Part shown: positions 11,901-23,800 of the stretch, in pieces | How the letters are laid out: every line of letters starts with the position of its first letter | How positions within the stretch are numbered: the stretch's first letter is position 1 | Source: Octopus sinensis | Lineage: Eukaryota | DNA length: 64,000 nt | Assembly: GCF_006345805.1 (NCBI RefSeq) | Contig: NC_043010.1 | Coordinates: forward strand, 38,440,001 to 38,504,000 | Reading direction: 5' to 3' | Notes under the pieces: generated by a model | What the model was told of the DNA's origin: nothing | Databases searched by the model: none | Seen by the model: only the letters and a program-made list of their open reading frames with translations | Program-made: the position numbers and the translations under genes

Positions 11901-12349
11901 AAGATCAGATCAGAAACTAAACAACAACTGCTTTGTAAAGAACAGAAAAATATCACTGGAAACATTCCAGTGTGATTTAATCATTTTATTCAGTACCTCA
12001 AAAGAAATATATATAAGTACTTTATATGTAGTGCCTTTGGCTGTAATTGATATGTAAACAACTACATTTCGTATGAAACCTAAAACTTTAACATAATTAA
12101 TTCATATTTCACCTCTTTACATTTTCAAGAGATTTTTGTAGTTAAGCAAAACTTATTCCTATATGCACATGTAAAGATATTTATAACTTCAACAGCTTGT
12201 TAGCGTGTTGCTTTGCTACTTCAAAATCCTAAAAGATTTGTGGCTCATTAAACCTTTCAGTTTTTATCTAACTAAAGTGTCTTGTACTGCCAAAAGCATG
12301 GCCCAGGAAAGATCACTCTACAATCAATCCTATCCTACAACTCCTAGCC

Positions 12350-12380
<31 letters not shown>

Positions 12381-12612
12381 CCTTTCTACTATAGGTACAA
12401 GGCCTGAAATTTGGTGGGGAAGGGGCCAGTCGATTAGATTGACCCCAGTATGCAACTGGTACTTAATTTATCGACCTTGAAAGGATGAAAGACAAAGCCG
12501 ACCTCAGCAGAATTTGAACTCAGAACGTAAGGACAGGTGAAATGCTACTAAGCGTTTCGCCCTGTGTGCTAACGATTCAGCCAGTTCACTGCCTTAATAA
12601 ATAAATATATAA

Positions 12613-12697
<85 letters not shown>

Positions 12698-12960
12698 TAA
12701 TCCTTTCTACTGGAAGCACAAAACCTCAAATTTTGGGGGAAGGGATTAAGTCAATTACATCGACCCCAGTGTTCAACTGGTACTTATTTTATCGACCCTG
12801 AAAGGATGAATGACAAAATCGACCTTGGTGGAATTTGAACTCAGAACATAGCGGCAGATGAAATACCACTAAGCATCTTGTCCAGCATGCTAACGATTCT
12901 GCTGGCTCACCACCTTAAATAATAATAATAATAATGATGATGATGATGATGATGATGATA

Positions 12961-13260
12961 AGGGAATGATAGCAAAAGGGGCTGATTCCTACCTAGCTCA
13001 GATACCAGGAAACCCCAAAATGTCAGAAATTGAAAAGCAAATGCTCATGGAAACTGCCCATATCTTACATAAAATCCTGTCTATGTAATCTCAAATTTTA
13101 AAACAAACTTATAATTTTCCTATGTTTACTTAAACATTCTCTAGAACAATATTTGACACTCTAGACATAACACCAACATGAACTTCTAACTTCTCTCTTG
13201 AGGTCCCTGGGTGAGACTGGGAGCCAACTTGTACAAATACAGAGCAAAAGTCAAACATAT
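12961..13260 (+). mobile_element. 5'-truncated Dong/R4-like non-LTR retrotransposon 3' end inserted in (AAT)n
   Basis: 12963-13088 encodes GMIAKGADSYLAQIPGNPKMSEIEKQMLMETAHILHKILSM* (R4/Dong RLE C-terminus, cf. GTAHILRKVL), then a 3' UTR ending in (AAT)n. Confidence 0.75.
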
Positions 13261-13833
13261 AATAATAATAATAATAATAATAATTCTTTCTAAAATAGGC
13301 CCATGGCCTGAAATTTGGGAAAGGGGACTAATCAATTTCATTGGCCTCAGTACATGACTGGTGCTTTATTTTTACAACCCCAGAAGGGTGAAAAGCAAAA
13401 TTGACCCTGGTAAGATTTGAAGTCAGAAAATTCTAACTGGGCCCCATTTACAAGGTCATGCACTGTTTATCTTGATATGCGATCATCATATTGCACACAT
13501 ATGGTTGTGATGCATGTGCCTAGTGTACCCTTATCAGATGGGTATATTGTATATTTGTACATTCGTATATTTGTACCCCAGTGTCACTATGATGGCATGC
13601 ACTGCTCTGATAATAATAATCCTTTCTTCTAAAGGCACAAGGTCTGAAATTTTGAGTGGAAGGGACTAGTCACTAACATCAACTCCAGTGTGTAACTGGC
13701 ATTTATTTCATCGACCCCACAAGGATGAAAGACAAAGTTGACCTCAGCAGAATTTGAACTCAAAATGTTGGAGCAGACAAACTACTGCTAAGCATTTTGC
13801 CCAGCAAGCTAATAATTCTGCCAGTTCACCGCC

Positions 13834-13884
<51 letters not shown>

Positions 13885-14163
13885 TAATGATAATAATATT
13901 AATAATAATTATTATTATTATTATTTCAAATATTTGCCACAAAGACAGCTTGGGGCAGGTGGGGATGAGTCGATTACATCGACTCCAGTTTTCAACTGGT
14001 ACTAATTTTATCAACTCCCCCAAAAGGATGAAAGGCAAAGTCAACTTCAGCAGAATTTGAACTCAGAATGTAGTGACAGGTGAAATACCGCTAAGCATTT
14101 CATCCAGCACACTAATGATTCTGCCAGCTCACTGACTTAATAATGATGATGATAATAATAATG

Positions 14164-14220
<57 letters not shown>

Positions 14221-14221
14221 T

Positions 14222-14781
14222 ACCCGGCAGGACAAGTGAGACCATAACCCGTGGCCTCTACATGGGATGTAGCCAGTCCACTTATGCATATCTTTCCTTC
14301 TTGTGACACAAAACTCTACTTGTGAAGACCTGTTGAAGCAAGTGAAAATCGAAATCGATCAACATCAATAGAAATTGTAGTTGTGATACCAGTGCCAGTG
14401 GCACATAAGAGAACCATCCGAACGTGGCCGTTGCCAGTGCCGCCCCAACTGGCCTCCGTGCCGGTGGCACGTAAAAAGCACACATCCGATCGTGGCCGTT
14501 GCCAGCCTCGACTGGCCCCCGTGCCGGTGGCACGTAAAAAGCACCATCTGATCGTGGCCATTTGCCAGCCTCGTCTGGCACCTGTGCAGGTGGCACGTAA
14601 AAAGCACCCACTACACTCACAGAGTGGTTGGTGTTAGGAAGGGCATCCAGCTGTAGAAACACTGCTAGATCAGACTAGGCCTGGCACAGCCTTCTGGCTT
14701 CCCAGACCCCAGTTGAACCGTCCAACCCATGCTAGCATGGAAAGCGGACATTAAACGATGATGATGATGATGATGATGATG
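14222..14781 (+). mobile_element. RTE-like LINE 3' end / RTE-tailed SINE with internal ~60-bp tandem units and a (TGA)n tail
   Basis: Same 3' sequence as 45313-45821, 38305-38580(-), 44775-44970 and 30650-30845(-); ends AACCGTCCAACCCATGCTAGCATGGAAAGCGGAC...(TGA)n. Confidence 0.75.
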
Positions 14782-15500
14782 AATAATCCTTTCCAGTATT
14801 GGCACAAGGCCTAGAATTTGGGGGAAGGGAGAAAATCGATTACATTGACCTCAGTACATGACTGGTACTTATTTTATTGACCCAGAAAGGATAGAACGCA
14901 ATGTCAATCTTGACAGAATTTAAACTCAGAACACAAAGACGGACAAAATGCCATTCTCTTGATTTTGTCTTAAAATTTAAAAAAGGATACATTGTGTAAT
15001 GTGGTCTTAGATAAACAAACTGAAGGGATGATCATGACTGATACTTTATTATCAATTGGGGCTGACCTGGGATCAAACCACAACCAAAGTTGATTGTCAA
15101 AACAGTTCTCTTTTCTCTTTTACTTGTTCAGTCATTTGACTGTGGCCATGCTGGAGCACCGCCTTTTGTCAAGCAAATTGACCCCAGGACTTATTCTTTG
15201 TAAGCCTAGTATTTATTCTATCGGTCTCTTTTGCCAAACCGCTAAGTTACGGGGACGTAAACGCACCAGCATCAGTTGTCAAGTGATGTTGGAGGGGACA
15301 AACACAGGCACACGAACACATACACACACACATACATATATGTATATATGACGGGCTTCTTTCAGTTTCTGTCTACCAAATCCACTCACAAGGCTTTGGT
15401 CAGCTCGAGGCTATAGTAGAAGACACTTGCCCAAGGTGCCACGCAGTGGGACTGAACCCGGAACCATGTGGTTCGTAAGCAAGCTACTTACCACACAGCC

Positions 15501-15888
15501 AATGCATGTCGACATACAGCTGCCCACACTGTTAAAAGCATTGAAAGCTTATTTTTAAAGCTGCTAGACTACCCTGCATACAGAATAGATCTCACCTTTT
15601 CTGACTATGACCTCTATGGAGTGCTCAAACATTCTTTACAAGGTTATCCATTTGCTACACAGTGAAAGAAGCATGGAGAGTGGTGTGCATAAATGGCTGC
15701 ACGATTGGCCAAAATACTTCTACTCCAATGGAATAAACAAACTTGTGAACCATTGGAAGAAATGTATTGAAAAACAAAGAGATTATGTCAACAGATTGTG
15801 TAATTGTCCAATCCCTACTTTTGTTTTAATTAAGTATAGAAACAAAAGTGTGTATAATTTTATAATTATATTGCTTGACAGTCTATGA
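15501..15888 (+). mobile_element. Decayed mariner transposase 3' fragment
   Basis: NACRHTAAHT (cf. HDNARPHTA), YPAYRIDLTFSDYDLYGVLK (cf. YSPDLAPSDF.LF..LK), WPKYFYSNGINKLVNHWKKCIEKQRDYV; frameshifted. Confidence 0.88.
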
Positions 15889-16180
15889 TATATATATATA
15901 TATATATATATTATTTAAAGAAATTCCAACTCTGTTTTTTATGTTTTATTTATATTCTTTATAATATTAATGTAGGATATAGAATAAATAGTATAAATAA
16001 TATATATAGTAAAATGAAATGATGTATTGATTGTCTTATTGATTAGATGAAATTGAATATAAAATATTGAGGACTAGTATACTTTCTTGCATTGAAGCAG
16101 TCTTCAAGGTCCCAGGTTGTGACAGGAGTGTTTCAAGGAGTGTATATCTATATTATATATATATATATAATATATATTAT

Positions 16181-16232
<52 letters not shown>

Positions 16233-16255
16233 GTATGTATGTATGTATATATATA

Positions 16256-16295
<40 letters not shown>

Positions 16296-16341
16296 TATAT
16301 ATATACATACTTACATACATACAAACATACATACATACATT

Positions 16342-16851
16342 CAGGGTGACCCCAAAAAATCAGAACCCACAAATCTTTGAATAAAACAACGCAGGGGGAT
16401 AGAGCGAAATGAACAGTAGTTCCAGCAAGATGGGGCCACCACTACCACGCATCAAATGACTCCCTAGCCTGGCTGAGAGAGTGATTTCAGGGAAGACTGA
16501 TCAGCAGAAAGTGAGATGTTCAGTGGGCACCACATTCACTGGACTTGAACTCCCACCAGATTTTTATCTGTTGGGGTATCTCAAGGATAATGTTTACCAG
16601 AACAACCCTCAAACGATTGGTAAATTAGAGCAGAAATCAGGGAAATCCCTACAGAGGAATGTGTTCAAGTAATTTAGAATGCTGCACGATGTGTGCCATT
16701 TGGAGCATATTTTGAAAAGAGCATGACTCTTATGCAAAGAGAATGATGGTACACAGACTGAAGTTTAAGTCCAGCAAATTTCAAGAAATTTGTGGATCTT
16801 TGTAGGATCTAATAAAATTTTTATGGGTTCTGCTTTTTTGGGGTCACCCTG
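16342..16851 (+). mobile_element. Internally deleted Tc1/mariner element of rosa/maT type
   Basis: ~28-bp TIRs CAGGGTGACCCCAAAAAA.CAGAACCCA; interior decodes (with frameshifts) to QQDGA...WAPHS.DL..PDFYLLGYLKDNVYQNNPQT. Confidence 0.82.
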
Positions 16852-18404
16852 CATATATATATATATATATATATATACATAAATTAAATTAGAGATAAAA
16901 CCACTATTAGGCAAATCAAACAATGAAAAACATAAACCAAAAGATAAAAATAAACATAATTAATATAATATACAAAATATAAAATTTAAATTATTTAAAT
17001 TTAAAATTTTTAATTTATATTTATAAATTTTAATATTTTTTAAATATTTTTTAATTTTAAATTAATAAATTTTTTAATTTAAAATTTTTTTTGAAATATA
17101 TATAACTATCAAAAAGTATTAAAAAGTTTAATATAAGATAATAAGTAAAACCACTTTTTTTTTTTTTAATATATATTACTATCAAAAAGGTATCCACTTT
17201 CCATTCTGGCATAGGTTGGACAGTTTGACATGGAGCTGGTTTGCAGGGAGATGTCCAGACCCCAATTGTCTGTTGTGACATGGTTTCTATGGGTGGATAT
17301 GCTTCCTGTATATAAAAGAAAAGAACACGAGTATATAATTTGGGTAACTACTAGTTGCATCTATAGTGTGATTTCGCGTGTGTGTGTGTGTGTGCGCGCG
17401 TCTGTGTGTGACCCCCACTTAACCTTTGTTGGTTTGTTTATTGGCAAAGGAGCCTGATAGAATAAGTAACGGGCCTTTAAAAAATCAGTACTAGGGTCGA
17501 TTTGTTCAATTAAATCCATTGACAGAAACAATATGTATGTATGTATGTATGTGTGTGTGTGTGTGTGTGTGTAATGGATTCCCATCGATTTCGACGGTGA
17601 GAATTCAGTTCGATTAACTTAAACTACCTGCTCGAACTGAATTAGCGTAAATGACGGAACATTGTTTAGATAGGTGGGCTGTGCCTATCCTAGGATAGCC
17701 TACGGGTACCCTTAACATAAATTCCACGTAAAAAATCAACCTAAGTCTGTGACAAGATTGGACAGGCACAATCCAACAGAATAATTCTCGTATAGTTTCC
17801 GTCTTCCTAATTTCGTTCACCGTCTTTTAATATATTCTCTCTCTCTTTATGTGTGTCTATCTATTTCCTTTTATTAATTCTCTCCATTTCTGTCTCATAT
17901 CTTATTGTATTTCATTTATTTTCTGCCTTTTCTCTTCCTTTTTCATAATTAAACGAATACCTTTTTTCTGTCCTCATCATTCATTAATTTTTTATCGTTA
18001 TACCTTTCTGATTTTCTCTCTCTCTTTCGGTCTATTCTTTTCTAATTCTCTTTTATTCTTTCTTTCTTCTACCTATTTTCACCGGTTTATTGCGGTCTAC
18101 TACCCTCCCTTTACCACCAGCCCTGCTATTGTTATCCCTCACTAACGTCCTTTATTTTTTCTTCCTCTCTCACCCTCTCTCTATTTCTCTATCTCTATTC
18201 CTTTCTAACATTCTTTTCCGATCTCTCTATCTAACACACTCTATCTCCTTTCTCACGGCTCATCGCCTCTTTACTCCCCCTCTCATCCCTCTTCTATTGA
18301 TATCCTCTCTCACTCCTTCTCTTCCTTTCTTCTCTGTTACTCTTTCACTCATTCTCTCCCTCCCCCTCTCTCTATTTACCTAATAGTCATGGACTTGTTG
18401 CCAT

Positions 18405-18438
18405 CATTTGATTGGTCGCTTCATCACATGTAACAACC
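18405..18438 (+). promoter_or_regulatory. Putative SUCLG1 proximal promoter / 5' UTR with an inverted CCAAT box
   Basis: gATTGGtcg at 18411-18415, about 25 nt upstream of the ATG and preceded by a ~550 bp pyrimidine tract. Confidence 0.35.
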
Positions 18439-18472
18439 ATGGCTGTGTGCAGGTCTGTCGCAAGACTTCTCG
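18439..18472 (+). CDS. SUCLG1: SUCLG1 coding exon 1 ([11 protein letters not shown] + 1 nt), start of the mitochondrial transit peptide
   Basis: caaccATGG context; Arg/Ser/Ala/Leu-rich peptide with no acidic residues; donor G|gtacgt is phase 1, exactly what exon 2 requires (G+TT = Val). Not recognised by homology, so less certain than exons 2-8. Confidence 0.8.
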
Positions 18473-20845
18473 GTACGTATCAAACAATTAGACGGACAAC
18501 CATTTCATTTATTACTTTACAATTACCCATTTTCTGCCATGTTGCTACCTTTAACTAATTTTTTTTTTTTATATATATATCTCTATATATATATATGAGT
18601 ATTATCCAAATCAGTGCCTCCATGTCACGTTGTTTTTCCCTCACATCATCGAAGCCACTACACAATCAATCATTAACTCGTGTTAATTTTACCCTGATTT
18701 ACCTTTCTGTTATACGTTTGAACTAGTATGTATATATTTATATATGTAATCCATTTATTTTATTCTCTCTCAACTTAACTGTAGTTTCAATGTGATCGAA
18801 TTTATATCGAGCCATTGAGGGTGTCCCTTGTACGGTTGCTGGACTCGTTAAGAAATTGTAGCTAAATCTTCCTGAAATCTTACATCTAAAAAAGGAAGAG
18901 TACATTTGAAGGTGTTCTCTGTGGACACAGACTCAGTACGTCCGAAACAATAACAAAATACGAGATGGCCACTTCTGGAACGTCTTTTATCATAGGTCTC
19001 CTCGTTCAGGCCTGACGTGGGAATCAGTGACTACGTGAAACGTTTTGATAGTCATTGATTCCGATGTTGGCATAAGACCACTGATTAAAAAGGTTGACGG
19101 AATGTTTTCGAATGAATCCCACTTCAGTATATGTTTGTCTAGTATTTCTTTATTTAATGGACTATGGAAAGATTGAATGAAAATGAGAGACAACCTCCGG
19201 CGAAATTTAAACTCGTAACTTAGTAAGATAAAATAGTAGGCGCTTACTAATTATTGTCCTTACCCTGTCATTTAAATAATCATTATAGCACCTTATAGCA
19301 GTTTTTGATTTAAGGTACAAGATCAATAGTTTTGAAAAGAGTATATTTGTCGATACCATAGATCCCCAGCACTTGACTGGTACTTTATTTTATCGAACTC
19401 GGTGGGATGAAAGGCAAAGTTGACCTCGACTGGCTTTGAACTCAGAACTATTTGTACCCTCTAACGATGTAATTAGTTACAGGTGAACGTTGGAACATTC
19501 GGACGACATGTACGCGCATACGTTTTTAGGTACAAATTAGAAATTAGTGGAGTATTTGTTTATGTGGTAGCGGTTAATGAAGAGTCAAGAAGATTCTTCC
19601 GAATGCATATGATGTATGTGATGAGAGAAACTACAGGACAAATGATGTCTCAAATTCCCTTAGAATGTAAAAACCCGAATACAGCATATATATCTAATTT
19701 CTTTCTTGCTGGACCAAGTCCCAGTTTACGTTACAAAACCCTACCTCATTTTAAACGTTGTATACGTTAGAGAAAAAAGTATTATTTTTTATTCTAGATT
19801 TAACTATAACAAAATTATTTTTATTGATATATAAAGCTTTATTACTATAAACGTCTCTGTCCGGATGACTATTTGCTATCATTTTTGTTGGCTCCGTATG
19901 AATAAATAATTTGTTTACTGTTTTGCCCTTGACCCTTGAGTTTTTGCTTTATTTCTTCATCTTTCCACTCAAATGTCTGCAACTAGACTAAACCACAACA
20001 TTCACATAAACTGCTTTATTTATATATATATGGGGGAACTGTTTATTGGTCACTTCCTTTACTTCGGACTATCCCACCAGCTAATTCGGGCACCAGTTTG
20101 TTTATAATTCCGATTCGGAATCTTAGCGGAGTTGACATTGTTTTACGTCCTTCCACGTAAAAACGAAAAGGTAGGGGAGATGGAGGTCGATAAACTACAA
20201 ATCTAATCAAATGTTATGTAGGAGGCGATAGACTGTCAGTATTCTTCCTCCCCCAAAACATGTGGCCTTGAGCCAATGTTAGAAATAATTAACAACTTTA
20301 CTTTTTAAATCCATGCCTTGTTATCTTCTTTCAGACTATGTAGAGGTAGGACCTCATATAATAAATAGCCGTTAGCTTATCTGGAATCAACATGACCGAC
20401 TACATTTATTTATCCTCTAAATCTGTGGTGTTAAAAGCAGTTTCTACTGCCATTAATAACCGGTCTCTTAAAGGTTGTATCTTTCTACTCAAATGACCTT
20501 GTCTTTCAAATTGTATCGTCCTTTTTTTTTTTTTTTACCCCCTCTCTATCTCTATTATAACTCTGGGTGTCATTGAAATCGTATTTCTCTCTCTATATGT
20601 TTGTTTGTATGTACTGATCGTATTGTTTACACTTAAAAATATTCGTCAGCTGTATGTATGGCATACTGCTTGATATATATATATATTGTGTGTGCTATGT
20701 GTACATGTAATATGTGCGTGTATAAGTAAACACATGCAACGTTTTCCCCCTTCCTTGCCATTACCTCGTCCCGGTTATTGACCGACATATTTTCCTGGGG
20801 CTTTCGTTTTTTTTTTAATTTCTTTGCACCATCGTTTTCTCTCGT

Positions 20846-20880
<35 letters not shown>

Positions 20881-23800
20881 ATGTGTGTATAACTCGACGC
20901 TAGGTCAGCGTAGATGCTTGAACTGTATAGTCAGTATCATTAATGGTTAGCCTCATGTCACGCACTTAAGCAGGTCTATGTGATCAAATACATTCCGGCG
21001 CTACCATCCCTAATGTCCAAGAGACTATGATGCCCACTATATCCTTCTTATTCTTTTTAAGACTGAAATGGAGGATATATGATTTAAGGGGCGTGAGGTT
21101 TATTGCTACGTCTAGTATGTTCAACGTCCGCGTATATTGATTTTACCGATTCTGAATTCCACTAATCAATTAATATATTGCAGCGGTCTTAAAGCGACGA
21201 AAATATTTTGACAAATTAAACTTAAATGTTGAAGTGAATCGAACGGCTTTTGTGTGTTCTTAAATGGCTTACAAACACCTTCCACGCTGCAATTGTTTTC
21301 GTATCAGCACCCGATCTCGGATCAAATCACTTGCTATGCAAGTGCATCTCCGTAATTAATATATTTTTTCACACCTACGCTTACGTGAACTGCCCGTGAT
21401 CTTCAGTTCTCACATTCAACATAGAAATAGCATTTATATCTCCCCCCAAATCACATTATACCTTTAAAAAATAACGAAAGTAAACATTGTGTAATGTTAT
21501 TCTGGATTTTCTAAAAGAAAATGGGACAGTCAAGGCTGGAATGTCTGTGGTCATACGCCGCGCAGCTTGACCTGAGGTTAAATAACAGTATTCTCTCTTT
21601 CACACTGTAATTATTCATTATGGTTCTTCAGTTTCTGACTGCTCTAATCATTGAAATGATGGCTAAAAAATGATTTAACGTATTTTACGAAATTGTTTCG
21701 AGCCGACGAAGTAAATTCTACATGGCTGCAGTGCTAGAAATAGCAGCCAAATCTCCATGACATAACGTCGTAAATAATGAAGTGTACATTATTATATACT
21801 GTGTGTAGTCCTAAATGCACAATGTCTGGCGGGGAGTGGAAAGTGGGGATATTCACAGCTGCTTTCAATTCTAGATTTCGACCACAGACCGAACTACAAC
21901 AATAATATACGGTGTTCGCTCTAATCAGCTTTTTTTTTTTTTAACTAATCATGTGTTACTTCTTTGTATAACTGTATTTTAGCTAAAGATGCTCCAGCTT
22001 TGACTATCCCATTTTAGATAAGCTTCTTTACAAACGATATGTAAGTTTTTTTATTTCCTTCGTTGTCGGTGTCACCTCACCAAGAAACAAAACAAAACCG
22101 CGGAATGTTATAGGTTCGCTCTCACAGATAATGTCTAAGCAAAAACCATTAATTATTAAGGATGTGAGCTTGTGGGTAGAGTAAATTTGTGTAATGTTCG
22201 TTTTTAGCTCACTGGATATTTAAATTAAATCATTTAGCGTAGCACATTGTTTCGTCCCTTGGGGTTCGATAAAAAGTGCTATTATTCACCGGAACAGTTG
22301 GATCGACTATTATGGGTTCCTCGTCGGCCCCGACGATGAGCATTCAGTTTTCAACCACCTGAATTCCTTCTTGTGAAATTAATTAAGGTGTTGTAAGTGT
22401 TAGAATGTTCTGTAATAGACGCGTGTACTTTTAATGTAATTCTCAAGTACAAACAGCGTGGCACACAGCATGATAAAGCCGGCATTTAAAATAGCATTTA
22501 CTAAGATTGAAGAAAAAGAATCGATCCTAATACTACTAGACTTGTACTTTATTTATCTTCCCCCGAAATGATGATGTGCAAAATTTGACTTCTACGGGAT
22601 TTGAACTCAAGTTCATATTCACGCCTACAAAAAGTTGGCTTTGTACCACACACACACACCTTATGCTATAATTTCACATGTGGCCACTTGCCACACCCTC
22701 TAAGGTGTTTTTAGTTGGTTTTAACAATAAAAATTGCGGGCTTTAACAGTAAAATTTATTGTGGTTTATAATATTAGAACCGTGAATCGTTAGAAAGCCA
22801 TACGAAAAGGCTTGCGTGCCTTTTCGTTCCGAGTGGGAATCCTGCCGAGAAAGACTTTGCATTTCACCCTCTCGGCTGATAAAATACAAGCTGTCGAGTG
22901 TATATGCGGGATCGTCTAGGTCAAAGGTCACCAACCACCTGGCAGTACAGAAAGAATAATTTTTTTTAATTTTATATTTTCGCATTATGTATGTATGTAT
23001 CGCGTGTGTTTTATATGTAATAATTAAATTATATGTTATGCTCTTTATTGTGTTTCGAGTCGACGAAATAAATTCTATATGACCGCTATGTAGAAATAGC
23101 CATGACATCACGCCGTAAATAATAAAGTGTACATAATATAGGATAGTCCTAAATACACAATGTCTTGTGATGATCACCCGGTCCGTGGCAAAATTGTCAT
23201 GCGTGAAACCGGTCCGTTTGTACCGCTGATTTAGGTTACTGTATTCCCCTGCTAACATATATACCTTCACATTGAAATGTGTGACCTTGTGGAGGCGTTT
23301 TCTGAAGCTCCCTACCAGTTTCATGTCCCTATCACTCGTGTTACTAATGCCCTTGAGAACAATCAAGAATGTTTGTACAGATTTTTCTCTCGTTCCTTCC
23401 CTGCTTCCCATGCATCCGGATTAGTGGTGGGTAGCGTTGGTAAAGCTAGTACCGGTGATATATTAGTAGTATGGAGTCGATCGCCTCCTCTTCCTATCTC
23501 TCATGTACATTTATATGACCTTGTGCTGCCGGGGAAAATCCTTACCTAGCACTTGCTAACCTTGCATATCTTATCCGTTAATTCATTTTTTGGCAGCGAG
23601 AGTTATTTTTCTTTAATTTCGTTTCTTCACTCGTTCTTCACTATTCTTTTATCAGTTTCGCTGATTGTAGTGCGGCCATGCTGGGGCACTACCTGCAATG
23701 TTTCGGTCGATCGTGTTGACCTCTGTGCTTATTTTATTTATCTATTTCGCGAACAGCTAAGTTACCAGTGCAACACGAGATAAATATAAACATGCACGCA

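Noticed and set aside
14395-14610. Repeat-spacer-like array (CCGGTGGCACGTAAAAAGCAC about every 60 bp) resembling CRISPR
   Set aside because: The spacers are homologous to each other, the array is an internal tandem of a dispersed RTE-type repeat, and the context is eukaryotic with no cas genes.
20335-20345. 11-nt micro-exon candidate (ttcag|ACTATGTAGAG|gtagga) in intron 1
   Set aside because: It would shift the frame, and such motifs are expected by chance in a 15.8-kb intron.
22743-23411. Longest ORF in the track (222 aa, minus strand)
   Set aside because: No recognisable domain; it crosses decayed SINE-like sequence that is also present at ~21720-21830, so it is probably a chance open frame.
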